13,098 bases of DNA. Source: Candidatus Hermodarchaeota archaeon (GTDB lineage: Archaea > Asgardarchaeota > Hermodarchaeia > Hermodarchaeales > Hermodarchaeaceae). The translations under genes were made by a program, and so were the position numbers. The stretch is taken from the NCBI GenBank assembly GCA_016839805.1, contig JAEOTO010000016.1, forward strand, positions 1 through 13,098, written 5' to 3'. The notes under the pieces are model-generated. The model made no database searches and had not been told where the DNA came from. It was given only the letters and a program-made list of their open reading frames with translations. Below, piece after piece: positions 1-8,118 of this stretch (the first letter of the stretch is position 1; every line of letters begins with the position of its first letter).

Positions 1-324
1 AAAAGTCATCGCCTGGATGTGGAAAGCCTGTTGGATTACAACGGGCTTCTAATCGGATTTGATTACCAAGCAAATACCGTGGTTTATGTTGTCTTTACAG
101 TCAAACTCGGAGTCATCGTGTGGTACAAGCATGCCTCGTATGCTGGGATGTTGTGCCATAACTGTCCAAAACTAAATGAATGCCGAGAAACCCTAGATAC
201 TGTTATTTCTGAGTATGACATCAAACTGCGACCCGATGAAGAGGTGTTACCGATGACACAGCAGTCTTCAGCGATTTTTAATAAACTGGCGGCGAAAGAA
301 ATTCCTCGTTATCAACGGAGTTGA
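1..324 (+). CDS. 5'-truncated conserved archaeal protein with Cys cluster (possibly C-terminal part of an HTH regulator)
   Basis: Frame is open from base 1 (KSHRLDVE...), so the GTG at 19 is probably internal. Contains WYKH...CHNCP...EC, a possible metal site. Its TGA overlaps the TTG start of the next gene. Confidence 0.65.
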   Translation, partial: KSHRLDVESLLDYNGLLIGFDYQANTVVYVVFTVKLGVIVWYKHASYAGMLCHNCPKLNECRETLDTVISEYDIKLRPDEEVLPMTQQSSAIFNKLAAKEIPRYQRS

Positions 325-1064
325 AACATTTGAAAAGAGAAAGAGAAGAGAGTCGTGTCATCCGACCTCCTGGAGAACCCATCACGCATGGACGTGTCTT
401 TACACCTTCTCCAACTTATTTCAAGAAACGCCTATTGGGTATGTTGCTCTTTGCGGCTATCCTTTATCTCATAATATTGGGCGGCTGGTTTGGGATCTCG
501 CTTATCGGATTATTTGACCCCGACTTTATTTGGATGAATATTGCATATTGGTGGCTTCCCATTACTATTGGTATGTGGCTGTTCAACTTCTTCTGGTTTA
601 TTCCTGCGACGATTTTGACTCATATGTACATTCGTAATATTGAGTACTCAGTGATTTCCGAATCAGGGGAAAGCATGCCTGAGGTTTATGTTAAGAAAGG
701 TCTGTTCAACCTCACTCGGAAGCATGTCCCGTTCCGCACTATTACTAACATCAGCACTAAAGCAAGTCTACTGGATCGTCTGTTTGGTATTGGTTCAGTG
801 AATATCGAAACCGCAGGATTCTCCGGTCAGAAAAAAGAACCAGAAGAAAAGCTTGAAGGGATTGAATTCTATGAGGAGGTCCGGGACTTTATTCTCCAGG
901 AACTACGGAAATTCCGTTCTCCCTATGTTACAGGCACTGAAACCGCGACATATTGGGATGACGAGATTCCCAAATTACCGGACTCATTGGATGACGAGAT
1001 TCTCATGACGTTACGCGATATGAAGGCTATCCTTGAGGATATCTCGAAAAAACTAACCAAGTAA
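321..1064 (+). CDS. Membrane-flanked bacterial PH domain protein (bPH_2 / YdbS-like)
   Basis: Two N-terminal TM segments followed by VKKGLF..TRKHVPFRTITNIS...LLDRLFGIGSVNIETAG, typical of bPH_2 (DUF304). Confidence 0.85.
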   Translation: MKHLKREREESRVIRPPGEPITHGRVFTPSPTYFKKRLLGMLLFAAILYLIILGGWFGISLIGLFDPDFIWMNIAYWWLPITIGMWLFNFFWFIPATILTHMYIRNIEYSVISESGESMPEVYVKKGLFNLTRKHVPFRTITNISTKASLLDRLFGIGSVNIETAGFSGQKKEPEEKLEGIEFYEEVRDFILQELRKFRSPYVTGTETATYWDDEIPKLPDSLDDEILMTLRDMKAILEDISKKLTK

Positions 1065-1086
1065 TCAAGCCTTCTTTCGCTCTCAG

Positions 1087-1119
1087 GAGGAAGGGAATCC
1101 TTCCTCTGTTTCTTTTTTT
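1087..1119 (+). terminator. Hairpin plus T-tract terminator
   Basis: GAGGAAGG-gaat-CCTTCCTC (1087-1106) followed by TGTTTCTTTTTTT, 22 nt after the stop at 1064. Confidence 0.65.
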
Positions 1120-1172
1120 AATTGGTCAAAAAGGAGAAGCATTCTTACTGTAGTCTATAATTACATTAACTA

Positions 1173-1200
1173 GGACCCGTGATCTCGGTTGAACGGGTCC
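1173..1200. other. GC-rich hairpin between convergent genes, possible terminator
   Basis: GGACCCGT-N12-ACGGGTCC, a perfect 8-bp stem. Confidence 0.45.
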
Positions 1201-1229
1201 CCCCTTCTTATTTTCAGATTTTAATTATC

Positions 1230-2213
1230 TTAAACATGGAGGATTATTGTAAGAATTTCGACAAGAAGAACGTGCATTAATGCGACAATGAGAATCTCCA
1301 CGATCGTAACAATATCAATTAGCCACGTTTTTTTCCTTTCAATGCGCGCCTCTTCTAATAACAAGAGCATCCGACGGGATGGTTCCTGCTCCTGGTCAAT
1401 TGGCCCGCTTATCAATTTCTGACGAATATTGTTAAGTTGAGTTGTTCGTGTCCTAGAAAAAAGAACATGAAAGTAATAGTGAGGAAATACCAGCGTTGGG
1501 AGGACAATTAGCAATATTGAACCATAAAGAAAGATGGGCGGTGCAGTAGCATAAGTCAATATCGCAAAAATCGAATAAATCCCTGAAACCAACAAGGCTA
1601 GCGTAATCAGGTTTCTAAACCCACTAAATGGCGACATCCACTCCGAAAGCATTTGATCATGAGTAAACGTGGTATTCACACAAATTTCTCTATAAGCCAG
1701 CGTCAACCCGAATGGAATCACATACATGAACATTCCCCCAAAAATATTCGAAGGTAACGCAGCTATTTGATAATAAATCGCGACTAAAAGTAGTTGATTA
1801 TACGAACCATAAAACGCCCAAATGGCCCAGGCTGGAGTAATAAGAATAGGCAAGTTCACTACAATCCAGAACAACACAATAGTCCAATACACCCTATGCT
1901 TGAGACGATGCATTGCTCGACTTTTCAAACGTTCAAACTCTTCTTCAGAACTAACCAGCGGTCTAATTTTATCGAGCGCATCCACAAACTTCCGATATAC
2001 GAACACAACGGATATCGCTGACAACGCCCCAATCACCGCAAGAAACACCCACTTTGGCTGGAATAAGAAGCGTTCAAAATTATCTGTGCCAATCATAACC
2101 GGTATCCCTAAAAGATACAAAATCAACCCAATCAATCCAAAAAGGAAAGGATACGGAATTCTTGCCTTACGTGCCAGAGTATCTAACCAGAAACCCAAAT
2201 TCAAACCTCCCAT
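1230..2213 (-). CDS. Hypothetical multi-pass membrane protein
   Basis: 327-aa ORF with about 7 hydrophobic segments; no family recognised. Confidence 0.75.
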   Translation of the reverse strand: MGGLNLGFWLDTLARKARIPYPFLFGLIGLILYLLGIPVMIGTDNFERFLFQPKWVFLAVIGALSAISVVFVYRKFVDALDKIRPLVSSEEEFERLKSRAMHRLKHRVYWTIVLFWIVVNLPILITPAWAIWAFYGSYNQLLLVAIYYQIAALPSNIFGGMFMYVIPFGLTLAYREICVNTTFTHDQMLSEWMSPFSGFRNLITLALLVSGIYSIFAILTYATAPPIFLYGSILLIVLPTLVFPHYYFHVLFSRTRTTQLNNIRQKLISGPIDQEQEPSRRMLLLLEEARIERKKTWLIDIVTIVEILIVALMHVLLVEILTIILHV

Positions 2214-2413
2214 ATTCCCTATCCGTTAAGATACCGAAATATCTTTCTTATTAAAAAAGACTGAAAATTTTTGAAAACCTCAAGAAAATGATCTTACAAT
2301 AATCAAATGCCTGAAATGTACTGTTTGGAAACAAAACAATAAACACTTTTAAGGAAACACTTAGAGAACCATTAGAACCCCATCGGGGGTATCAACAAGT
2401 ATTGGGTGAAACA

Positions 2414-2737
2414 ATGTCTGATACAGCTAAAACGTTAGTATTAATCGGTGGAATTCTGAACCTAATCGGCGCGCTCATTATGATCGGTGCATTTGCCATC
2501 TTTTTTGGATTCATGCTCTTCGATCCAATGGGAGTGATAATTGCACTCATGGTGGGTGCCATTTTCATCGTTCCAGCAATTCTGGGCCTCTTATTTGGGC
2601 TCCTTCCGCTCATGTGGCGAGATGAACCGGGACAGCATCGCGTCGGCCTTATCATCATCGGGATTTTGACCTTATTCTCTATTGGCGGAATTCTCCTCCT
2701 GATCGGTGGCATCATCGCAACGGAAGAGGCCGCCTAG
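2414..2737 (+). CDS. Small Gly-rich membrane protein (DUF4064-like, tentative)
   Basis: GGTGA RBS before ATG at 2414; hydrophobic helices LIGGILNLIG...GGILLLIGGII; candidate TATA (TTTTAAG) at ~2347. Confidence 0.7.
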   Translation: MSDTAKTLVLIGGILNLIGALIMIGAFAIFFGFMLFDPMGVIIALMVGAIFIVPAILGLLFGLLPLMWRDEPGQHRVGLIIIGILTLFSIGGILLLIGGIIATEEAA

Positions 2738-2797
2738 AAGCACACCGCTGTTTCAATAGGGTCACTCTTCCCCCCTTTTTCTTTTCAGAAGCTCTTA

Positions 2798-2980
2798 GTG
2801 GTCCATGACGAGACCGTTATTAAAGGGAAAAATGAAGGTGTGAATACGACCATTTTCTCAGCAGGATTGCGAACCAAACACTACCACAGACCCTCCGACA
2901 CTATTGACCCCCTCAACTTCGAGTTCATCACCAAATTATGTCAGACTACCAACGCCGCCACAATCGAATTAACTCTCTAG
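2798..2980 (+). pseudogene. C-terminal remnant of an M28-family metallopeptidase
   Basis: HYHRPSDTIDPLNFEFITK resembles the M28 C-terminal YH(T/R)PxDT motif; no upstream catalytic domain is present. Confidence 0.55.
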
Positions 2981-3039
2981 TCTGTACTCAATTGTTAAGT
3001 ACGCAAAAAATTAACTCTGAACAGCTCCTGGTGAAGAAA

Positions 3040-3504
3040 ATGAAAAATAAATCACCATTAACCGATTGGCATTTTCTCCTCGGAACCTGGAAAGGCACAG
3101 CAGAAGGACAATACAATGTAGTAGGTCAGATTACAAGCACCATCGAGTTTACCCTCGAACTCAACGGCACCTGCATCATGGCAAAACACGAAGCTTGGAC
3201 GGGCAACCAATTCGTAAACAGTAGCATTGGTCTGCTCTTCTACGACCAACTCACCAACCGGTTCCTCCGAAAAGTCCTCTACTCCTACAGCTTTATCAAC
3301 AACGATATCGAATACACACGAAGTGCCTCTGAAATCCGATTCGAAACCACCACCGAACCACTATCCCCCCAATTCCAAGGTATTCGCTGGCGTTCCTACA
3401 TCAAGAAACTCTCCGACACCGAAATCGCCCTCGGCTTAGAATCTGCAAAAGATGGAGGAAACTTCAAAGTCTATGGCGAAACGGTGGTTCAAAAAATCAG
3501 CTAG
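3040..3504 (+). CDS. Beta-barrel protein, DUF1579 / nitrobindin(THAP4)-like
   Basis: GGTGA RBS before ATG at 3040; N-terminal FLLGTWKG (calycin-type GxW motif); beta-strand-rich sequence. Confidence 0.7.
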   Translation: MKNKSPLTDWHFLLGTWKGTAEGQYNVVGQITSTIEFTLELNGTCIMAKHEAWTGNQFVNSSIGLLFYDQLTNRFLRKVLYSYSFINNDIEYTRSASEIRFETTTEPLSPQFQGIRWRSYIKKLSDTEIALGLESAKDGGNFKVYGETVVQKIS

Positions 3505-3539
3505 ACAAACAAAAAGCAATTCTCATATTACCATGCTAA

Positions 3540-3594
3540 TTCTGAATATTCATCTTCGAAATTCAGTCGAATGGAAAATAATCCTTGGGGAAAA
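3540..3594 (+). repeat. Intergenic element copy A (core only, divergent)
   Basis: TTCATCTTCG at 3549, N11, AATGGA, AAAA ending at 3594; TTCGA(3555-59) pairs with TCGAA(3567-71). Confidence 0.6.
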
Positions 3595-3626
3595 CCTCAA
3601 AAACTTCTCTCATCCTAAGATTTGAT

Positions 3627-4652
3627 ATGAAGAAGGTTCGGTTAGGCAAAACGGGTCTCCAAGTGTCACGGGTGGGGGTGGGCGGAATTCCCATTCTACT
3701 TCCACCTTTTGGTACAGCGGTGAAAGTCATTGAATGCGCCTTGGATTTAGGCATCAACCTGATTGACACCTCGGTGTATTACGATGACAGTGAACTTCGT
3801 TTTGGGAAGGCAATCGAAGGACGTCGAGACGATATCGTCGTGGTGACTAAATGTTCATGGCGATCAGCAAAGGCGACCCAACGTGCGCTAGAGAAGAGCT
3901 TGAAACAACTCAACACCGACTATATCGATATCTGGTTATTCCACAATGTGAGCACAGAGGACGCCTACAGGACGATGTTACGTCCGAATGAATCACTAAA
4001 GGTTGCAAAAGCAGCTTTGGAATTCGGAAAGGTGCACCATCTTGGACTGTCCACCCATTCGTTAGCTATGGCTCAAAAAGCCGTAGCTTCTGAATTGTTC
4101 GAAGTCGTTTTGTTTCCATTTAATTTTGTAACAAACCATGCGGAAGGGCAGCTTGTTCAATTGGCAAAGACACATGATGTGGGGTTCTTAGCCATGAAAT
4201 CGTTTGCTGGTGGGCAGTTGGCTGACCCGGATCTTGCCATTAAATATCTCCTGCAATTTGACAATGTTGTTCCCGTACCTGGGATTGAAACGGTTGAAAA
4301 TATCGAAGAGATCGTTAAGGTTGTAGAGGGGTCCTGGGAACTCACATCCCAGGATTGGCAACGTATTGAAACCATTCGAGCCAAACAGGGTTCGAAACTT
4401 TGTATGTGGTGTGAATACTGCAAACCGTGTCCCAAGGAGATCAACATACCTTGGGTAATGAATATCGAAAGCATGTGGATCCTATGGGGAAAAGCTGGAT
4501 TTCCGGGTCGTATGCTCAAACATATCGTAAAAGGAAGAGAATGTGACCAATGTGGTGAATGCGAAGACAAATGCCCCTATCAACTCAACATCCGCGAAAC
4601 CCTCACTGAACAAATCGAATACTATGATCGAGTAATCAAAGAACAACTCTAA
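3627..4652 (+). CDS. Aldo/keto reductase with C-terminal 4Fe-4S dicluster (COG1453-type)
   Basis: RLGKTGLQVS start, DTSVYY, VTK, YIDIWLFH; C-terminal CMWCEYCKPCP and CDQCGECEDKCP. ATG at 3627 preferred over TTG at 3585. Confidence 0.9.
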   Translation: MKKVRLGKTGLQVSRVGVGGIPILLPPFGTAVKVIECALDLGINLIDTSVYYDDSELRFGKAIEGRRDDIVVVTKCSWRSAKATQRALEKSLKQLNTDYIDIWLFHNVSTEDAYRTMLRPNESLKVAKAALEFGKVHHLGLSTHSLAMAQKAVASELFEVVLFPFNFVTNHAEGQLVQLAKTHDVGFLAMKSFAGGQLADPDLAIKYLLQFDNVVPVPGIETVENIEEIVKVVEGSWELTSQDWQRIETIRAKQGSKLCMWCEYCKPCPKEINIPWVMNIESMWILWGKAGFPGRMLKHIVKGRECDQCGECEDKCPYQLNIRETLTEQIEYYDRVIKEQL

Positions 4653-4654
4653 AC

Positions 4655-4727
4655 TGACTAAATCATTTGAGACGAATTACAAGTATGTCTTCGATACAGA
4701 TGTGAGTGGCATATATCGACTGAAAAA
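4655..4727 (+). repeat. Intergenic element copy B
   Basis: TCAT(4663)-N17-TATGTCTTCG(4684)-N11-AGTGGC...GAAAAA(4727); TATGTC pairs with GGCATA(4708-13). Confidence 0.8.
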
Positions 4728-4802
4728 CTACTTTGTCACTGCTGAAATCCATCGAAAGCGCGATCCGGTTTCCTCGTGAAGAGCTAGTCTCTGTGCCTGA
4801 AT

Positions 4803-4855
4803 CCAAAACTTTAAATGTTAAAATTTCAAACAAGTTTGTAATCCAAACCAGTTTG
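4803..4855 (+). promoter_or_regulatory. Promoter (BRE/TATA) with downstream palindromic operator repeats
   Basis: ccaaaac-TTTAAAT (TATA 4810-16); CAAACaaGTTTG (4827-38) and CAAACcaGTTTG (4844-55), 17-bp period. Confidence 0.6.
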
Positions 4856-4881
4856 ATACTAGAATACCAAGATGAATAACA

Positions 4882-5556
4882 ATGTCAATCTCAATGGAAT
4901 TAGACGCACTCGCCCTCAAAGCCCAACAATCATTCTATGAAGATGGCCTCGCCGACATATTCATGGGGGGCATCCTACTCCTTGTAGCCGTGTTAATTCT
5001 CCTTATCAGTCACTTCACATTTTTCCTAGTGTTTGCTATAGTCATCTTCAATCCGCTCATCTACAAGGCACTCATAGACAAAGCGAAACAACGGTGGGTG
5101 TACCCACGCGCCGGATACGTCCAACCTAAGCCACTTCACACCCCAACCAGGCGCGACAACCTCCTGGGAGTAGCCCTAATCCTGACACTTCTATTTGCAC
5201 CCATCCTGATCTTATTTGTCTCCTATAGTTACCCTGGTCTCATCATCTGGGTGACCTGGGTCGCGCCCGTATCCTTAGGCCTCCTATTCTCCATCGGACC
5301 GTTCATCGTTGCCCGCAAATATCACATCTACCGGTATTATCTCTTCGCGATACTGCCGCCCCTCCTTGGTCTCATCATTCCCTGGCTAAATCTATCCTTT
5401 CCTAGCATCTATGTTGCCTATTTCACCACCCTTGCCATCCAACTCAGCATCGCTGGCCTCATTGCACTGCTATCTGGCACCGTATTTTTCCTCCGATTCA
5501 TCCAACGATATCCCATCGAACTAACGGACGGTGATAGTACCAATGCTCTCCTCTGA
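4882..5556 (+). CDS. Hypothetical membrane protein co-transcribed with wHTH regulator
   Basis: About 6-7 TM segments; YEDGLADIFMG and YPRAGYV motifs; overlaps the downstream HTH gene. Confidence 0.8.
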   Translation: MSISMELDALALKAQQSFYEDGLADIFMGGILLLVAVLILLISHFTFFLVFAIVIFNPLIYKALIDKAKQRWVYPRAGYVQPKPLHTPTRRDNLLGVALILTLLFAPILILFVSYSYPGLIIWVTWVAPVSLGLLFSIGPFIVARKYHIYRYYLFAILPPLLGLIIPWLNLSFPSIYVAYFTTLAIQLSIAGLIALLSGTVFFLRFIQRYPIELTDGDSTNALL

Positions 5557-5869
5557 CGCTCCCGATAAATCACCCATTGCCCAAGATAAACTAGATCCGA
5601 TTATCCACTCCCCTGCCCGGCTCAAAATCTTGACCGTCCTTAAAGAAGTCGAGAGCGCGGATTTCCTCTTCATTTTACGCCACACAGGTCTCACGCGAGG
5701 CAACCTCTCCTCCCACCTCAGTAAACTAGAAACTGTCAACTATATTACGATAACCAAAGAATTCGTTGAAAAAATCCCCCGCACCCTCATCCAGCTCACA
5801 AAGGAAGGAAAAAACGCCTTAGAAACCTATCGCCAGCAAATGTTACAAAAACTTGAACGTCTAAAATAA
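5543..5869 (+). CDS. Winged-helix transcriptional regulator (HTH_34, ArsR/MarR-like)
   Basis: LDPIIHSPARLKIL..L...ADF......GLTRGNLSSHLSKLE...YI...K.F....PRT...LT.EG; GGTGAT RBS before ATG at 5543. Confidence 0.9.
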   Translation: MLSSDAPDKSPIAQDKLDPIIHSPARLKILTVLKEVESADFLFILRHTGLTRGNLSSHLSKLETVNYITITKEFVEKIPRTLIQLTKEGKNALETYRQQMLQKLERLK

Positions 5870-5873
5870 CACC

Positions 5874-5932
5874 TCATTTCTTCACAACTTTGTCTTCGAA
5901 ACTCAAGAGAATAGCACATAAAGTCCAGAAAA
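5874..5932 (+). repeat. Intergenic element copy C
   Basis: TCATTT(5874), TTTGTCTTCG(5889)-N11-AATAGC-ACATAA...AGAAAA(5932); shares AGCACATAA with copy E. Confidence 0.7.
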
Positions 5933-5976
5933 TTGCTTGTAACAAAAAGGGAATCTATGAAGGTAAAGTTGGGGCT

Positions 5977-6726
5977 TTAGGTTATCTTTTCAATGATAGC
6001 TACGTATTGTGCGTCGCCTGAATCTATAAATTCCCGAACCTGCCATCGTGTTCCATCCAGAATCTCTTTCATTTCGTCTTTGGAAACCATAAGCCAATCA
6101 AACCATTTTGTAACGAATTTCTCAAATCTTACTCGACCTCTTAATTGTCCACTCATTCGGTTTTTCTGCTTGTTGCGCTCGTAATATTCTAAATAGGTAG
6201 GGTTGTCGGTCTTGTATGGGTCACGAGTTTCCGCAATGATTAGAGCAGTTCGTTCGGTTATCCTATGAAGCTTTTTCAGCAGTCTTCGTGCTTTGGTGAA
6301 ACTGCCAAATAAACTGAAGTTGTTCCCCAACATAACAATTGTATCAAACGAGCTGGGCTTGAAAATAGCGTATTCAATTGACATGACTTTGACACGCTTC
6401 ACCCCTCTCAATTTACAAACCTTTACCGCGAGAGGAGAGCTGTCAATCCCGAGAACATCAAAACCCCTTTTTTGTAAGTACAGCGAATGTCTACCAGCTC
6501 CGCACCCAATATCCAAGACTTTTCCTTTCACGAACTCCATTGCCTTTTTTTCGTGAATCGCCCAATCGTCGTATTCTAAGAAATATCTTTTCGGCTCAGT
6601 AGAATACGCGGAAATATAACCGTCATCACTTTCCCATATTTCAAAAACTTCTCGACCCTGATAAAAAGCCCATATCTCCTGACCCACGGCATCCTCTTCA
6701 GGCTTCATAACTTTTGTTTTTCTCAT
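5977..6726 (-). CDS. Class I SAM-dependent methyltransferase
   Basis: [11 protein letters not shown] motif [16 protein letters not shown]. Start is uncertain (6747 GTG, 6726 ATG or 6708 ATG). Confidence 0.9.
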   Translation of the reverse strand: MRKTKVMKPEEDAVGQEIWAFYQGREVFEIWESDDGYISAYSTEPKRYFLEYDDWAIHEKKAMEFVKGKVLDIGCGAGRHSLYLQKRGFDVLGIDSSPLAVKVCKLRGVKRVKVMSIEYAIFKPSSFDTIVMLGNNFSLFGSFTKARRLLKKLHRITERTALIIAETRDPYKTDNPTYLEYYERNKQKNRMSGQLRGRVRFEKFVTKWFDWLMVSKDEMKEILDGTRWQVREFIDSGDAQYVAIIEKIT

Positions 6727-6809
6727 GAAATATTGTATATCCCACACTAGCTCTTAAATTTGAGAACTCAATTCACACAAAGTCTAAATGGATCTCCTTC
6801 AACTCATCT

Positions 6810-6902
6810 ATGACGTGAACCAAATCATCTTTCACATCATTTTTAAGAACCAGCATGTACGTCTTCGGAACTCATCCAAAGTGGCGAAAATCGCCCCTAA
6901 AA
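6810..6902 (+). repeat. Intergenic element copy D (31-bp palindrome + core)
   Basis: ATGACGTGAA-ccaaatcatct-TTCACATCAT (6810-40), N17, TACGTCTTCG(6858), AAGTGGCGAA, TAAAA(6902). Confidence 0.95.
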
Positions 6903-7061
6903 CCTCTCGCTTGTCTCATCGATGTGTCCATCCACATTGACTCTTCGTGCATCGTTTTTGATAAAACTTTATACAATTAATTCGCTGAGATTAGTGACAG
7001 CGTACAAAATTACTAACAAATAACAGAACGGAATCAGCAGTATTGGGAGGAAATCTGGAAA

Positions 7062-7811
7062 ATGCCTTTGGCTGAAGATCTTAAGAATCTCGCTCTGAAG
7101 GCGGGCTTTGTATCTGTTGGGATTGCTACACCCCAAATGCTTCAGGGCTTGCCACATGGATGGGTTAGCACAGTCATTAACCTGCAGACGCCGGAAGAGG
7201 CGTTATCGACTGTGAAATCAGTAATATTGCTGGGTTATTATGCCTGGGATAAGTCCTTCAATTTAGCAGTCGATGCATCTTATCTTGTGAGTCGCGAGAT
7301 GTACACACCAAACGTGCCAAAAGAACGCTACCAACTGTATGATGAAATCTTGAAGAATAAAGCCTGGACCATCGTGGACTACCTTACCAAGAAAGGATAT
7401 GAATCTAGCCTATCCCTTTCGATCCCGCTCAAAACAGCCGCCGTGCGATGCGGTCTCGGCAGCCAAGGGAAAAACACACTCCTAATTACTCCTAACTATG
7501 GACCGCGAATACGATTAATCGCCGTGCTAACAACAGCCGAACTAGAAGTCGATGAACCCTTCCAAGATGATTTATGTGGAGATTGTGGGAAATGCATCAC
7601 CACGTGTCCCACAAAGGCGTTGGAACCATATCAAATCACGATCAACCGGTGTCTGACGTATGCTGCAGAAGAACCCCATGCCCAAGCTGTCCCCGATGAT
7701 GTGCGAAAACTTGAAAAGAAACTCATTCAAAGACCCACTTCAAATAGCTACATAGAATGTTCCACTTGCATTGACGTTTGTCCAATCGGAAAACCGCTTA
7801 GGTCGAAATAA
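7062..7811 (+). CDS. Epoxyqueuosine-reductase (QueG)-like / reductive-dehalogenase-fold Fe-S protein
   Basis: KTAAVRCGLGSQGKNTLLITPNYGPRIRL; CGDCGKCITTCP and CSTCIDVCP clusters; GGAGG RBS. Confidence 0.85.
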   Translation: MPLAEDLKNLALKAGFVSVGIATPQMLQGLPHGWVSTVINLQTPEEALSTVKSVILLGYYAWDKSFNLAVDASYLVSREMYTPNVPKERYQLYDEILKNKAWTIVDYLTKKGYESSLSLSIPLKTAAVRCGLGSQGKNTLLITPNYGPRIRLIAVLTTAELEVDEPFQDDLCGDCGKCITTCPTKALEPYQITINRCLTYAAEEPHAQAVPDDVRKLEKKLIQRPTSNSYIECSTCIDVCPIGKPLRSK

Positions 7812-7842
7812 GTTTACAATTAGAGACACAAATACCTAATGA

Positions 7843-7935
7843 ATGACGTGAACCAAATCATCTTTCACATCATTTGTAAATAATCGCACATACGTCTTCG
7901 GCACTTACTAAATGCAGCACATAACTCACTAAAAA
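7843..7935 (+). repeat. Intergenic element copy E (31-bp palindrome + core)
   Basis: 7843-7875 is identical to 6810-6842 (33 nt); N17; TACGTCTTCG(7891); TAAAAA ending at 7935. Confidence 0.95.
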
Positions 7936-8118
7936 TAAACTGACGGCAATCAATGGGGTTAATTCACCCAGATACCGCAATATTATCTGAATTAACAGTT
8001 GGTTAAGCTCTGTTTATTATTATAATTATTGTAATATATAACTAAACATTATTGTTCATTGGGATTATATTAAGTGCGGCTACCATTAATTCATGCAAGG
8101 ATTTCTCGAGGGAGTTGC

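Noticed and set aside
2938-3039. Extended N-terminus of the 2938..3504 ORF
   Set aside because: It overlaps the peptidase remnant, and a GGTGA RBS supports the ATG at 3040.
6765-6808. Short echoes of element sequence (AACTCAA..CACACAAAGTC, CTTCAACTCATC) upstream of copy D
   Set aside because: Short, gapped matches that cannot be separated from chance without statistics.
8011-8048. Imperfect AT-rich palindrome TGTTTA...TAAACA
   Set aside because: Almost entirely A/T, so expected by chance; probably just promoter DNA.
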